The notes beneath the pieces were generated by a model. It searched no databases and was not told where the DNA came from. It worked only from the letters and a program-made list of their open reading frames with translations. DNA of 64,000 bases from an uncultured Verrucomicrobiota bacterium (GTDB lineage: Bacteria; Verrucomicrobiota; Kiritimatiellia; JAAZAB01). The first letter of the stretch is position 1, and each line of letters starts with the position of its first letter. The translations under genes were made by a program, and so were the position numbers. The stretch lies in contig CAZALU010000004.1 of NCBI GenBank assembly GCA_964486075.1, positions 4,016-68,015 of the forward strand, in the 5' to 3' direction. Shown piece by piece: positions 9,076 through 19,434 of this stretch.

Positions 9076-10182
9076 TCATAGGGTATCGTGGTGGTGTTTC
9101 TGCCGCAGGAGCACCACCAGCTTCTTAACGTCCTGGGCGCGGTTTTTCGGGCAGACCAGGGTGGCGTTCCCGGTTTGAACGACCACAAGGTCGTCAACCC
9201 CGAGCAGGGCCACCAGGCCGTGCCGGGAGACAATAATGTTGCCGGATGCGTCCAGTTGTTCGGCCCGGCCGATGATTACGTTCCCGCGGTCATCTTTAGC
9301 GAAATGATTTTCCAAGGCCGACCAGGAACCTACATCATCCCAGGCGAATGTTCCTTTGACCATGATGATATTGTCGGCTTTTTCCATGATTGCATAATCC
9401 ACGGAAATCTTAGCTAATTTTGCATACTCAGCTTTCAACAGGCGAGCGTAACGCGCGGTGCTCAGGGCGCCGCCCAGTTTTTGCATCAAGTGCTGGAGCG
9501 GCGGCTGGTAGCGGGTTAGGGCTTCTTGAAAAGCGTCCAAGGACCAGACGAACATTCCGGAGTTCCAGAAATAGCGTCCCGTTTTCAGGTAGCGGGCGGC
9601 CGTAGCCTGGTCGGGCTTTTCGACAAACCGCTTGACGACGAACACTTCCACTCCGCCGGCCACGCGACCGCTCCGCTCCGGGCGGTTCAAGCGTGGGCCG
9701 ACTTCAATATAGCCGAAAGCGGAGCTGGGGTGTTTAGGTTGCATGCCTATGGTCAACAGGGAGCATGATGCTCCGGCTGCGACGAAGGCTTTTTTAAGTG
9801 TGCGTCGGAAGATGGGTAGGTCGCCCATGACATGGTCAGCCGTGAGGACGCAAAACACGGCCCGGGGATCGCGCGCCCTGATGTGCGTGGCGCCCAGGGC
9901 AATTGCCGCCGCGGTATCACGTCCTATCGGTTCGCCGATGATGTTCCGGCGCGGGATCGACGGCAGTAGCCGGCGGGTCGCGGCGACCAGGTCGATATTT
10001 GTTACGATGATGATGCGATCGGGAGGAATGAGCCCCCGCAAGTGGTCCACCGCGCCGGCAATCAGCGGGCGCTGGCCGACCAGCGACAGCAATTGTTTGG
10101 GCTGATGGGCAGTGCTCAGCGGCCAGAAACGTTCGCCCCGGCCCCCGGCCAGGATGACGGCATAAGCGTGTGTCAACATCAT
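9076..10182 (-). CDS. manC: mannose-1-phosphate guanylyltransferase (GDP-mannose pyrophosphorylase)
   Basis: AVILAGGRGERFWPLS nucleotidyltransferase motif. Length and C-terminal domain are consistent with ManC/CpsB. Confidence 0.8.
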   Translation of the reverse strand: MMLTHAYAVILAGGRGERFWPLSTAHQPKQLLSLVGQRPLIAGAVDHLRGLIPPDRIIIVTNIDLVAATRRLLPSIPRRNIIGEPIGRDTAAAIALGATHIRARDPRAVFCVLTADHVMGDLPIFRRTLKKAFVAAGASCSLLTIGMQPKHPSSAFGYIEVGPRLNRPERSGRVAGGVEVFVVKRFVEKPDQATAARYLKTGRYFWNSGMFVWSLDAFQEALTRYQPPLQHLMQKLGGALSTARYARLLKAEYAKLAKISVDYAIMEKADNIIMVKGTFAWDDVGSWSALENHFAKDDRGNVIIGRAEQLDASGNIIVSRHGLVALLGVDDLVVVQTGNATLVCPKNRAQDVKKLVVLLRQKHHHDTL

Positions 10183-10628
10183 TCCCCTTTGTATTCAGGC
10201 TGAAAAGCGCCCGGCGTGTTGCCATCCATTAAAGACCTACACCCCTCTGTAATAATTCCATGTGCAGGATAGTCATTTTGCCGATAATGGCAAGCTTTGT
10301 GCTCATACAAGGGCGCAAGTTCCGACGCGCCCGAGATCGGTCTGGTTCATAATTTGTCTGCCATGCGTCCCGGCTGGCACAGCCCAGAAGAGCTCATTGT
10401 TGGCGGTCTGCATCGGCAACGCTGCCGATCTTTGGCCGGGAAAGTCAATTATTTAATAGATTATGACTCATTAGCGGATGGCTCATTTTTTTTGCAAAGA
10501 ATTCGATATTGAAAAATTACGGATATTATATAAGACTTGCCGCCAATTCGGATTTAGCCATTAAAGCAGCCTGAACTCGTGTCAGGATTGTCCGTTATGG
10601 CTTCAGGTATTAACAAAAGGGGGCTTCC

Positions 10629-11909
10629 GTGCATTTACAGCGCTCGTTGTTCCAGGTATTAGCGGCCGCACTGTACACTCTGGCAATCCCCGCTTTCTTA
10701 CGAGCGGATGATTGTAATTATCAGCGTTACATGGTGGGTGAGCGGGCGGCCGGCATGGGCGGCGCCGTTGTATCCATTGCCAACGGCGTGGATGCCTGCT
10801 ATTACAATCCCGCCGGACTAGGTAAAACTACAGCAAACACCCTATCCATTTCGGCGAATCTGTATGGTTTCAACAGCTACAGCGTTGACGACGCCTGGTT
10901 CCCCGGCGAGGATTTCAAATCGACCTCCTTTATCAGCATTCCCACTACCATGGGCAGTATTTTCAAACTGGGCGATAAAGATGCAGCCGCCGCATTTTCC
11001 GTGTTCATTCCGGACAAAACCGCTATTCATGAAATTTCGGCCTTTACGGACATGAATCATTACACAACTTACAGCAAGGACGACCAGCAGCTCTGGTTGG
11101 GTCCTTCCATTGGCGGCGACATCAATCCGCAGATATCGCTGGGTCTTTCGGTGTTTGGAGTATATCGCACATTTAGCGAATTTGAGAGCATTTACTGGGG
11201 CGGCGATCCGGCGTTGCTCTCCCTTTCGCAGGATATAAAAGCCTACACGTTCAATATAGCCTCCATTTGGGGCATCCAACTGCATCCGACAAAAGAATGG
11301 AATGTGGGTTTGACGTATCATACCCCGCAGTTTTCGATCATTGAAAACGGTGAAGCACAGTACCAGTACACTATCAACAAAACCAGCAGCGACTCTTTTT
11401 TCGCTGATAACATGGCAGTGAAAAACAATGTCCCTATGAAAATGACCGTCGGCGTCGGTCAGGATGTGACGGACGTCTATGCATGGGGTCTGGATTTAAC
11501 CTGGCATCTGCCTACGAGTTTCACGTCTATCGAAGGCCAGGGCAGTACCGGTACCAACGTAGCAACGAGTATCCGTCGCAAGGCGGTGCTGGATGTCAAT
11601 CTGGGCTGTGAATACGTTTTCCAGAAGAAGTTCCCTGTGCGCGCCGGATTTTTTACCAGTTTCTCCTCCGCGCCGGACCTGGATATCAACGATGAAGACA
11701 GCCTGGGCCAGATCAACGAATACGGATTGACCTGCAGCGTGGGTCGACGCTCAAGCATCCTCGATGCCAACATCGGGTTGAATTACCTGTTCGGGACCGG
11801 TGAAGATCTGGGTTACGATATAGACGATCAAGGCAGCCTGGTGCGCAAGGTTGTCTCCGCCCGCGAGCAACGGGTCTATCTCTTTTTCAACACCTCCTAT
11901 CATTTTTAA
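10629..11909 (+). CDS. outer-membrane beta-barrel transporter, FadL/TodX family (GTG start)
   Basis: Signal peptide, hatch-domain NPAGL motif, C-terminal aromatic ...NTSYHF typical of OMP barrels. AAAGGGGG RBS before GTG. Confidence 0.7.
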   Translation: MHLQRSLFQVLAAALYTLAIPAFLRADDCNYQRYMVGERAAGMGGAVVSIANGVDACYYNPAGLGKTTANTLSISANLYGFNSYSVDDAWFPGEDFKSTSFISIPTTMGSIFKLGDKDAAAAFSVFIPDKTAIHEISAFTDMNHYTTYSKDDQQLWLGPSIGGDINPQISLGLSVFGVYRTFSEFESIYWGGDPALLSLSQDIKAYTFNIASIWGIQLHPTKEWNVGLTYHTPQFSIIENGEAQYQYTINKTSSDSFFADNMAVKNNVPMKMTVGVGQDVTDVYAWGLDLTWHLPTSFTSIEGQGSTGTNVATSIRRKAVLDVNLGCEYVFQKKFPVRAGFFTSFSSAPDLDINDEDSLGQINEYGLTCSVGRRSSILDANIGLNYLFGTGEDLGYDIDDQGSLVRKVVSAREQRVYLFFNTSYHF

Positions 11910-12050
11910 GCGGAACCGGCCTATCCGGACATCCCCGAACATGCTTGACAATTCGGCCTAATCTGGTCAAGGTCATTGTTCTGAAAACAATTCAGAGCAA
12001 GTTTCAGGTCAGTGTTTTTACCGCTTGCGTTTGATTGAACGCATCCCCTT

Positions 12051-13523
12051 GTGAAAGGAATAAAAGGAATTAATTCGTTGCTGCTGGTTATTTACGGCCT
12101 ACTCATGCTGGTGCTAACCATTTATGCGGCACATGCGTACCTGATGCTCTATCTCTATCGCAAAAACCGCGATCAACGCGTCAAACCCCTTTTTACGTCG
12201 GACGATTGGCCGCACGTCACGGTCCAATTGCCAGTCTACAACGAGCGCTATGTGGTGCAGCGGCTGATCGAAGCGGCCTGCGCGCTCGATTATCCCAAGG
12301 ACCGGCTGGAAATCCAGGTACTGGACGATTCCAACGATGAAACACAACTGCTTGTCAGGAATCTGGTGGCGGATCAAAAGGCCCGGGGCATCAATATCAG
12401 CCATCTGCACCGGCTCAACCGCACTGGGTTCAAAGCCGGCGCCTTGCGGGCCGGACTGGAAACTGCACAGGGTGAATACCTGGTGATTTTTGACGCCGAT
12501 TTTATTCCGCCTGTGAATTTTCTAAAAGCAATGATCCCCTATTTCTCCTGCGCCGAGGTCGGTTTGGTCCAATCGCGTTGGGGGCATCTCAACGGAAATT
12601 ATTCCATGCTGACTCGTGGCCAGACCATCGGGTTGGACGCGCATTTTGTGCTTGAGCACGGGGCGCGCAACGCCTCTGGAATTTTTATCAATTTTAACGG
12701 TACGGCGGGTATTTGGCGCAAAGCGGCTATTCTTGGCGCCGGCAACTGGCAGGACGATACACTGACGGAAGACATCGACATCTCCTACCGGGCCCAGCTG
12801 GCCGGCTGGAAATTCGTTTATGTTAACGATGTGGTCTGTCCGGCGGAGGTGCCGGCTGAGGTGTATGGCCTGAAAACTCAGCAATACCGCTGGGCCAAGG
12901 GCGCAATCCAGACGGCTAAGAAGCTGCTGCCGATCATCTGGCGTAACCGGTCGCTCCCATTGCTGGTAAAGTTCGAGGCCACGGTGCACCTGACCAACCA
13001 TCTCGTCTTTCCAGTGCTGCTATGCATGGCCTTGCTGTATCTCCCGTTGCTTTCGATATGGATTAAGCATCACGAAGCCTGGCTGGTTTGCCTGGTTTTT
13101 ACCCTCTGTATACTCAACGCGTTCAGCTATCCTCTTTTTTATATTTTTGCCCAGCGGGAGATCTATCCGGACTGGAAACGGCGCGTCCTATTTTTGCCGA
13201 TCCTACTGGCCGGCGCCATGGGTCTCTCAGTGATCAACAGCCGGGCCGTATTAAGCGCATTGATCGGGCGCAAAAGCGCGTTTAACCGAACGCCCAAGTT
13301 CGACCTGGGCGCTACTAAAACATCGTCCTGGAAAGGCAAGCAATACCGGAGCCGTTTCAACGGCACGGTGCTGGTGGAGTTCCTGTTGATCGTTTACCTA
13401 ACGCTGACCCTGGTCTTCGCCGTCTATAACCTGCAATACATGGCAATTCCCTTTATTCTGATCTATTGGTTCGGTTTCCTCTTTATCGGCACGCTCTCCC
13501 TGGTTCACGCCATCCAGAGCTGA
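12051..13523 (+). CDS. processive family-2 glycosyltransferase (cellulose-synthase-like / CslA-like)
   Basis: DDS, DAD, TED motifs and QQYRW (QxxRW) motif. Multiple TM helices at both ends. Confidence 0.8.
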   Translation: MKGIKGINSLLLVIYGLLMLVLTIYAAHAYLMLYLYRKNRDQRVKPLFTSDDWPHVTVQLPVYNERYVVQRLIEAACALDYPKDRLEIQVLDDSNDETQLLVRNLVADQKARGINISHLHRLNRTGFKAGALRAGLETAQGEYLVIFDADFIPPVNFLKAMIPYFSCAEVGLVQSRWGHLNGNYSMLTRGQTIGLDAHFVLEHGARNASGIFINFNGTAGIWRKAAILGAGNWQDDTLTEDIDISYRAQLAGWKFVYVNDVVCPAEVPAEVYGLKTQQYRWAKGAIQTAKKLLPIIWRNRSLPLLVKFEATVHLTNHLVFPVLLCMALLYLPLLSIWIKHHEAWLVCLVFTLCILNAFSYPLFYIFAQREIYPDWKRRVLFLPILLAGAMGLSVINSRAVLSALIGRKSAFNRTPKFDLGATKTSSWKGKQYRSRFNGTVLVEFLLIVYLTLTLVFAVYNLQYMAIPFILIYWFGFLFIGTLSLVHAIQS

Positions 13524-13531
13524 ACGGCTGA

Positions 13532-14089
13532 TCACCATAAATGGGCGATTAGGATTTTTGTACCGATTCCCACCAGGATCAACCCGCCCAGCGCTTCGAT
13601 TCTGTTCCCGAAGCGTTCGCCAGCCCGACTGCCGATCAGGCCGCCCAACAGGGATATACTAAAAGTGACGGCGCCGATCAGCAGGGCCGGCCCGACGATT
13701 GGTGTCTTTAGGAACGACAGGCTCAGACCCACCGCGAGCGCATCTATGCTGGTCGCCACCGAAAGCATGAGAAGCACAGGGAGGGGCAGCGTGCCTGAGA
13801 CGTGGGACGAATCCTTCGGTTTGAAGGACTCTACGATCATCTTGACGCCAATGATCGTCAGCAGGCCGAAGGCCGCCCAATGATCCACGCCCGCAATCCA
13901 ACCTCGCAGGCTCAAGCCGGCCAGCCAGCCCACCATCGGCATCAGGGCCTGGAACAATCCGAAAAACATCGCAATCCTTAGCGCCTGTTGAAAGCGAGCC
14001 TGCCGAATTGTCAGGCCGCTGGTGATTGCCACCGCCAGACTGTCCATGGAAAGACCCACGGCAATCAGAAAAAGGGAAACAATACTCAT
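13532..14089 (-). CDS. mntP: manganese efflux pump MntP
   Basis: MSIVSLFLIAVGLSMDSLAVAITSG resembles the MntP N-terminus. DUF204 twin-repeat membrane protein. Start set at the internal M rather than the ORF-finder M at 14149. Confidence 0.8.
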   Translation of the reverse strand: MSIVSLFLIAVGLSMDSLAVAITSGLTIRQARFQQALRIAMFFGLFQALMPMVGWLAGLSLRGWIAGVDHWAAFGLLTIIGVKMIVESFKPKDSSHVSGTLPLPVLLMLSVATSIDALAVGLSLSFLKTPIVGPALLIGAVTFSISLLGGLIGSRAGERFGNRIEALGGLILVGIGTKILIAHLW

Positions 14090-14094
14090 AAGAC

Positions 14095-14300
14095 CGATTC
14101 TGTCATATTGGGAAGGTTTACGAAATGCAGCCGGAGTCGCTGTCAGCAATTCTAATTATGACATTGAGACCCTCACAACCACGCCTCTGGCGTGGTTCCG
14201 TCTCAAGCGGATTGGCTTATGACGGAAAACCTTGTGCTTGCCACTCGACACGCGTGGTCGCGGGCGCGGGCCATAAAGCGCATTACTGCGTCGTATTCTA
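14095..14300 (-). ncRNA. candidate yybP-ykoY (Mn2+) riboswitch in the mntP leader
   Basis: On the minus strand the leader contains blocks resembling the conserved riboswitch loops: cGAGUgGCAAGC, GCUUGAGACGG, UGUCAUAAU. Genomic context (upstream of mntP) is the classic one. Not confirmed by covariance search. Confidence 0.35.
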
Positions 14301-14387
14301 GCGCGAGCTTTTTTCTGATTACGGGAGGCCTAAAAAAATATTCCGAGCAACCGTATTTGTGGTGGGAAGCTCTCTTTGGTTAAGGCG

Positions 14388-15779
14388 CTAATCACCGCCG
14401 CCAATTTTTGTTTGCATGAACTCGCGCACGGCGGGCGCGGAGGCGGGCAGGACGGTTCGGCGCTCCGGCAGGCCGGTCAAGGCGTCCAGGATTTCGTGGT
14501 GCGCCAGGTCGCGTCCGGTGGCCTGCCGGATCGCCTCGCTGAACTTGGCTGGATGCGCCGTTGCCAGGCAAATCATCGGCTCTTCAGGATCGAGAAACGA
14601 TTGCGCCACATACCATCCCACTGCGCTGTGCGGATCGAGCAGGTAGCCGTGGGCGGAGTAACAGTCACGAATAGCCGCCAAACAGGCGGCAGCGTCGGCG
14701 GACCCGGCTGCAAAAAACGGGTCCGGTTTCCCGGTCAATCCGCCTTTCGGCTGCAATTCGCCCGTCGCCTGGAATTGCGCCATCCAGGCGCGCAGACGCT
14801 GGGGGTCTTCCCCGGCCCGATAGAAAAGGTAACGCTCAAAATTGCTGGCAATCTGGATGTCCATTGAAGGACTTAACGTGTGACACAGCCGACCACGCCG
14901 GTAAATGCCGGTGTTAAAAAACCGTGCCAGGATGTCGTTTTCATTTGTGGCCAGCAGCAGTCGGCTGATCGGCAGACCCATTCGCCAGGCGAGATAACCC
15001 GCGAACGCATCGCCGAAATTACCGGTGGGCACGGCGAACCGGACCCGGGGTTTCCCCGTGCGTTCCATGACGCGGAACGCGGCATAAAAATAGTACACAA
15101 CCTGGGAAAGAATACGTGCCCAGTTGATCGAGTTCACGGCTCCCAGCGCGCAGCGATCCCGGAACGGCAGATCTCCGAATAGCTCCTTGACGATTTCCTG
15201 GCAGTCGTCGAAACTGCCGCGCACGGCCAGGGCAAAGACATTGGCATCCATCACGGTGGTCATTTGCCTTTCCTGGACCGGGCTGATCCGCCCATGGGGA
15301 TAAAGGACGAAAACCCGCATGTGCCGCCGGCCTCGGATGCCATGGATCGCGGCGCTGCCGGTGTCGCCGCTGGTGGCGGCTAGCACGTTCATCCGTCCGC
15401 CGGCGCGGTCCAATTTATATTCGAACAGGCGGCCCAGGAACTGCAGGGCCACGTCCTTGAACGCCAGGGTGGGCCCATGAAACAGCTCCAGGACGTGCAG
15501 GTTGCCCAAGGGTACCACGGGGGTAATTTCCGGGTGGCGAAACGCGGTCAGGCCCTGAGCTATCAGCGCCCGGAGATCGGGCTCGAGCAGGTCGCTAAAC
15601 AAGCGCATCACCTCGAAAGACAGCTCGGCGTAGGACAATTTTTGCCATGCCGCCAGAGCGGCGCGGACATCCGGAATGTCGGCGGGTAAAAACAGGCCGC
15701 CGTCGCGCGCTAAGCCGGTCATGAGCGCATCCTGGAATCCAATGAGCGGAGAATTGCCACGGGTGCTTTGATACTTCAT
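14388..15779 (-). CDS. thrC: threonine synthase
   Basis: MKYQSTRGN N-terminus and PLP-enzyme fold motifs. Length 463 aa. Confidence 0.9.
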   Translation of the reverse strand: MKYQSTRGNSPLIGFQDALMTGLARDGGLFLPADIPDVRAALAAWQKLSYAELSFEVMRLFSDLLEPDLRALIAQGLTAFRHPEITPVVPLGNLHVLELFHGPTLAFKDVALQFLGRLFEYKLDRAGGRMNVLAATSGDTGSAAIHGIRGRRHMRVFVLYPHGRISPVQERQMTTVMDANVFALAVRGSFDDCQEIVKELFGDLPFRDRCALGAVNSINWARILSQVVYYFYAAFRVMERTGKPRVRFAVPTGNFGDAFAGYLAWRMGLPISRLLLATNENDILARFFNTGIYRRGRLCHTLSPSMDIQIASNFERYLFYRAGEDPQRLRAWMAQFQATGELQPKGGLTGKPDPFFAAGSADAAACLAAIRDCYSAHGYLLDPHSAVGWYVAQSFLDPEEPMICLATAHPAKFSEAIRQATGRDLAHHEILDALTGLPERRTVLPASAPAVREFMQTKIGGGD

Positions 15780-15785
15780 GCCAGG

Positions 15786-18700
15786 CTACTGCCTCCTGTG
15801 GCGCCCGCCATCGACAAACAGGCCTTGGCCATTGAGCTGGCGCAGATTGGGCATCCGCCGCAAAACGTCCCATATTTTATCCCTGAACTGCTGATTATCA
15901 ATATTCAGCCAGAGACTTTGGATGGGCATTTCCAGCAAAGGTTCAAAATTCCGTATTTGAGTGTGCATGATGTGTAGCTGTTTCAACGACTTAATGCCTT
16001 GCAGGACCGCCAAATCACTTATGGCCGTGTTATTGAGATTCAGTTCCTCCAAGGGCATGTTTTGCAGCACGATGAAATCCTGCTCCTTAACCTGGGTACC
16101 GCTGATGTCCAGATTTTTTAAGGGCATGCCTTTCAATCGGGTAAGATCATTAAAGTCGTTTTGAGAAATGTTAAGTTGCGTCAGTTGCAGTTTTGAAAGG
16201 AATGAGAAATCCCGGACCTTGGTATTCGGCATGTTTAAAACTTTCAAAGGCATTTCCGCCAGAACCCCCAAATCCCTGATTTGAGTGCTCCCGATATTGA
16301 GCGTGACCAGGCTCATGCCATTGAGGGGGGCAATATCCCGCACCGAAGTCCGGACCAGGGACAAATATTCCAGGGATAGGTTGCCTTTCAACGGCGCAAG
16401 GTCTCCTACTTCCGTATTGTTCAAATTTAAGAGTTTCAGGGGCATGGTCCGCAGAACAGAAATATCCCTGATCTTGATGCCCTCGATATTAAGATCGCTC
16501 ACGGCCATCCCCTTCAGAACATTGATGTCCATGATTTTCGTATTAGCCAGATTCAGTTTGGCGAGGGGCATTCCCATTAACACTGAAATATCCTTTACCT
16601 GTGTGCCGCTGATATTCAGCTCCCGCAATTGCATGCCCCGCAGGGGGGCGATATCGGACAGCGCTGGATTATCACTGATATTGATGCTGTGCACATCGGA
16701 TAACCCGACCAGGGGCCGGAGGTCTTTCAGCATCGAGCGGCAAATATTCACCCGTACGACTTTGCCGTGCTCGTTGACCGGCAACTCACTTCCAGTCAAG
16801 GTCAGATCTCGATTTCGTTCCAGTAATTGGGTCTTGACGGACTCAGGTGTTCCATCCGCCGGCGGCTGTTGTATGTTTTCCTGCGGCGGATTGGCGGGCG
16901 GCGGCTCGCTTTCCGGCGTCGGCGTCTGTGTCAACCTTTTCAACACCGGCTCGTATTGCCTGGCAAAGTGGGTTTGCCCGAAAGAGGCTTGATAGCTTTC
17001 AATCACCTTTATCAATATTTCCGTCTCGCGCGCGCTAAATCCCCTTTTCGTGATCGCGGCCAGGTACTCGTCACAAGTGGCGTTTTCCCCGGGCATTACA
17101 AGGCGCGCATTGCGCAGAATTCCCAGCAGTTCATGCTTGGCCTGCTCTTCGGCCTGCGCGGATTTTTTCTTGTCTACGCTCGCGAGCAAGGCGGAGGATA
17201 ATAAAGGATCGGTCTTAGCAAACCAGGATTCGGCCGTGGCCCAGTCTTTTTCTTGCACCGACAACAAGCCCTGCATCAAGGCCGTACCCGGGTTGGCGTC
17301 AGTCGTCAGGCGCAGGCGTTTTTCAGAAAGCGCCAAGTCGGCAACCCGGAAGGATTTGGGTCGGGTGATATGGCCGGCGCCCACCTTGATGTTTTCCTCC
17401 GCTTTGACTGTGTCTGCCTGGACATCTTTGATGGTAACCTTCTCGGTGCCACCCACTAAAGCGACATTGATTTCCCGCCCCTTAAAGGCCCGAAAGGTAT
17501 TGATTATCCGCTGATCCATCAGGGACGCTTCGGTCAGTATGCTTGCCAGGGCGTCCATCTGCTCTTTACGGGAAACGAGTGCCGGTGTTGCCGCAGCCTT
17601 TTGGACTGACGCCAGGGCGTTGGGGATATCGCCTTCGAACAGGCTGGCGCACACCCGATCCAGCAGCTGGTGCATAAGGTGGTCTGTCTCCTCGGCATCT
17701 TTTTGGCGTTGGCGTTCCTTTTCATCGGCTATTTTTTGCTGCTGCTCCCGGTATTCCTGGTCACGCTCCATCAAACCCCGCGCTACGATTCCGCGACTGG
17801 CCTCAGTTTCCGCCGCCCAGTCGCCCTGATATTTTTCATAAATTGCCGCTGCTCTGGCAAATTCGCTGCTGGCACACAACGGGGCGGCCAGATTTTCAAG
17901 GTCGCGCATCACCGTGGCCTTGACCGCCAGGAGTTGTTCCTGACACTTGGAAACTGCCGCCTGAGCTTGGAGGGAATATGCGGTGCCCCGGGTCTCCTGT
18001 GCGACTTTTCGGAAATTTTGGATCATCTCCTCCAGCCGCTGCGGATTGTCCTCGGCCCATTGCTGGGCAAACGCAAGCATCTTGCCGGCATTTTCATCAC
18101 GCTCGGCCCGGGATTCGGTCGAGGCTGGCGTTTTGCTTGTCGTCGGACGCCCCCCCTGAACAATCGAGGAAACCGGTCTTTCTTTGATCCGCATGAGATT
18201 GTGGGCCAGCATGATGCCCATAATCAGCACAATCAGCGCGATCACGCCGGCGAACCACCACGCTGGTTTCAGCCTTGCCCGTTGTTTCTGTTTTAACGAA
18301 AATTGACGTTGCATGTTCAGAAACTCCGAGTTGTCGGGCGCCTGTTCGGCGGTGATAACCGGGATCGATAAGGTAACCGAGGCCTTCACGCGCGGGCGTA
18401 TGCCTCGGTGGGCGCTCCTGCGCATCGTGCTGGCACCCGGAGGCGGCAATGCCCCGTGCGGTTTTTTATGCTGTATGACCAGATTGATATCGGTTTGGAC
18501 AGCATCCCAGTCCGCCTGGCGTTGGTCGCGATCCTTGGCCAACATTTTTTCGAGCAGGAAGGACGCTTCGATTGAAATATGGGAATTGAGATCCTGAACA
18601 TCGGGTATTTGGTCGGTGATCTGCAAATCCATGGCCGCGAGCGCCGGCTCACCCTCGAACGGCATTTTTCCGCCCATGGCGTTGTAGAGCGTGGCTCCGA

Positions 18701-19304
18701 GAGAATAGATATCCGCCCGGCAATCCAGTTCGAGATCGCCGCGCGACTGTTCGGGAGAAATATAGTTCGGGGTGCCGAATACCATCCCCGCAGACGCCTT
18801 GGCGTCATGCACAACCGAACGTACGCTCCTGGCCAGTCCCAGGTCCGCCACTTTGACCGTGCCGTCGCCATCGATGATGATGTTATCGGGCTTGATATCG
18901 CAGTGCACCACGCCCGCGTTTTGCCAGGCATAGTTCAACGCTTCGGCCACGCTCATGGCTACCAGCAGGCTGTTTTGTTCGGAAAGACAATGCTTGCGCC
19001 GAATCCAATCTCCGACACTGTAGCCGGAGATGAATTCCATTACGAAGTAATAGACCCCCTCTTCCGTATGCCCGAAATCATAGACCTGGACGATGTTGGG
19101 GTGCTTGAGATTGGCGGTGATCCGGGCCTCGGTCAGGAATTGATCGAGATCGGTGGGATCGGCGGCGAGCATGGGCGGCAAGGCCTTTAGCGCCACAATC
19201 CGGTCCAGTGAAATCTGGCGGGCCTTGTAGACCGTGCTCATCCCGCCGCGCGGCATGACTTCGATAATTTCAAATCCTGGAAATTGGGGCGTATCCATGT
19301 TCAA
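15786..19304 (-). CDS. Ser/Thr protein kinase - TM - leucine-rich-repeat (LRR) receptor-like protein, 1172 aa
   Basis: N-terminal Hanks kinase (ALKAL, HCDIKPDNIII, DLGLAR, SPEQ). Central TM AWWFAGVIALIVLIMGIMLA. Coiled-coil/charged region. C-terminal ~350 aa of tandem 22-residue LRRs (LxxLNLxxTxIxDIxxLxGMP). Confidence 0.85.
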   Translation of the reverse strand: MNMDTPQFPGFEIIEVMPRGGMSTVYKARQISLDRIVALKALPPMLAADPTDLDQFLTEARITANLKHPNIVQVYDFGHTEEGVYYFVMEFISGYSVGDWIRRKHCLSEQNSLLVAMSVAEALNYAWQNAGVVHCDIKPDNIIIDGDGTVKVADLGLARSVRSVVHDAKASAGMVFGTPNYISPEQSRGDLELDCRADIYSLGATLYNAMGGKMPFEGEPALAAMDLQITDQIPDVQDLNSHISIEASFLLEKMLAKDRDQRQADWDAVQTDINLVIQHKKPHGALPPPGASTMRRSAHRGIRPRVKASVTLSIPVITAEQAPDNSEFLNMQRQFSLKQKQRARLKPAWWFAGVIALIVLIMGIMLAHNLMRIKERPVSSIVQGGRPTTSKTPASTESRAERDENAGKMLAFAQQWAEDNPQRLEEMIQNFRKVAQETRGTAYSLQAQAAVSKCQEQLLAVKATVMRDLENLAAPLCASSEFARAAAIYEKYQGDWAAETEASRGIVARGLMERDQEYREQQQKIADEKERQRQKDAEETDHLMHQLLDRVCASLFEGDIPNALASVQKAAATPALVSRKEQMDALASILTEASLMDQRIINTFRAFKGREINVALVGGTEKVTIKDVQADTVKAEENIKVGAGHITRPKSFRVADLALSEKRLRLTTDANPGTALMQGLLSVQEKDWATAESWFAKTDPLLSSALLASVDKKKSAQAEEQAKHELLGILRNARLVMPGENATCDEYLAAITKRGFSARETEILIKVIESYQASFGQTHFARQYEPVLKRLTQTPTPESEPPPANPPQENIQQPPADGTPESVKTQLLERNRDLTLTGSELPVNEHGKVVRVNICRSMLKDLRPLVGLSDVHSINISDNPALSDIAPLRGMQLRELNISGTQVKDISVLMGMPLAKLNLANTKIMDINVLKGMAVSDLNIEGIKIRDISVLRTMPLKLLNLNNTEVGDLAPLKGNLSLEYLSLVRTSVRDIAPLNGMSLVTLNIGSTQIRDLGVLAEMPLKVLNMPNTKVRDFSFLSKLQLTQLNISQNDFNDLTRLKGMPLKNLDISGTQVKEQDFIVLQNMPLEELNLNNTAISDLAVLQGIKSLKQLHIMHTQIRNFEPLLEMPIQSLWLNIDNQQFRDKIWDVLRRMPNLRQLNGQGLFVDGGRHRRQ

Positions 19305-19434
19305 CTCTTATTGACGTATTTCCGATAGGATCGTTTGCATACTAACGCCTAAATTATCAAACATCAACCGCTTTTGTGCCCGATATCTTCCGGCCATATT
19401 TTTGGATCTAAAAAAAGCTTGCCTCAACACAGCA

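Noticed and set aside
16285-16992. 235-aa plus-strand ORF
   Set aside because: It lies entirely antisense within the LRR region of the kinase gene. Ser/Arg-rich composition is typical of an out-of-frame high-GC sequence.
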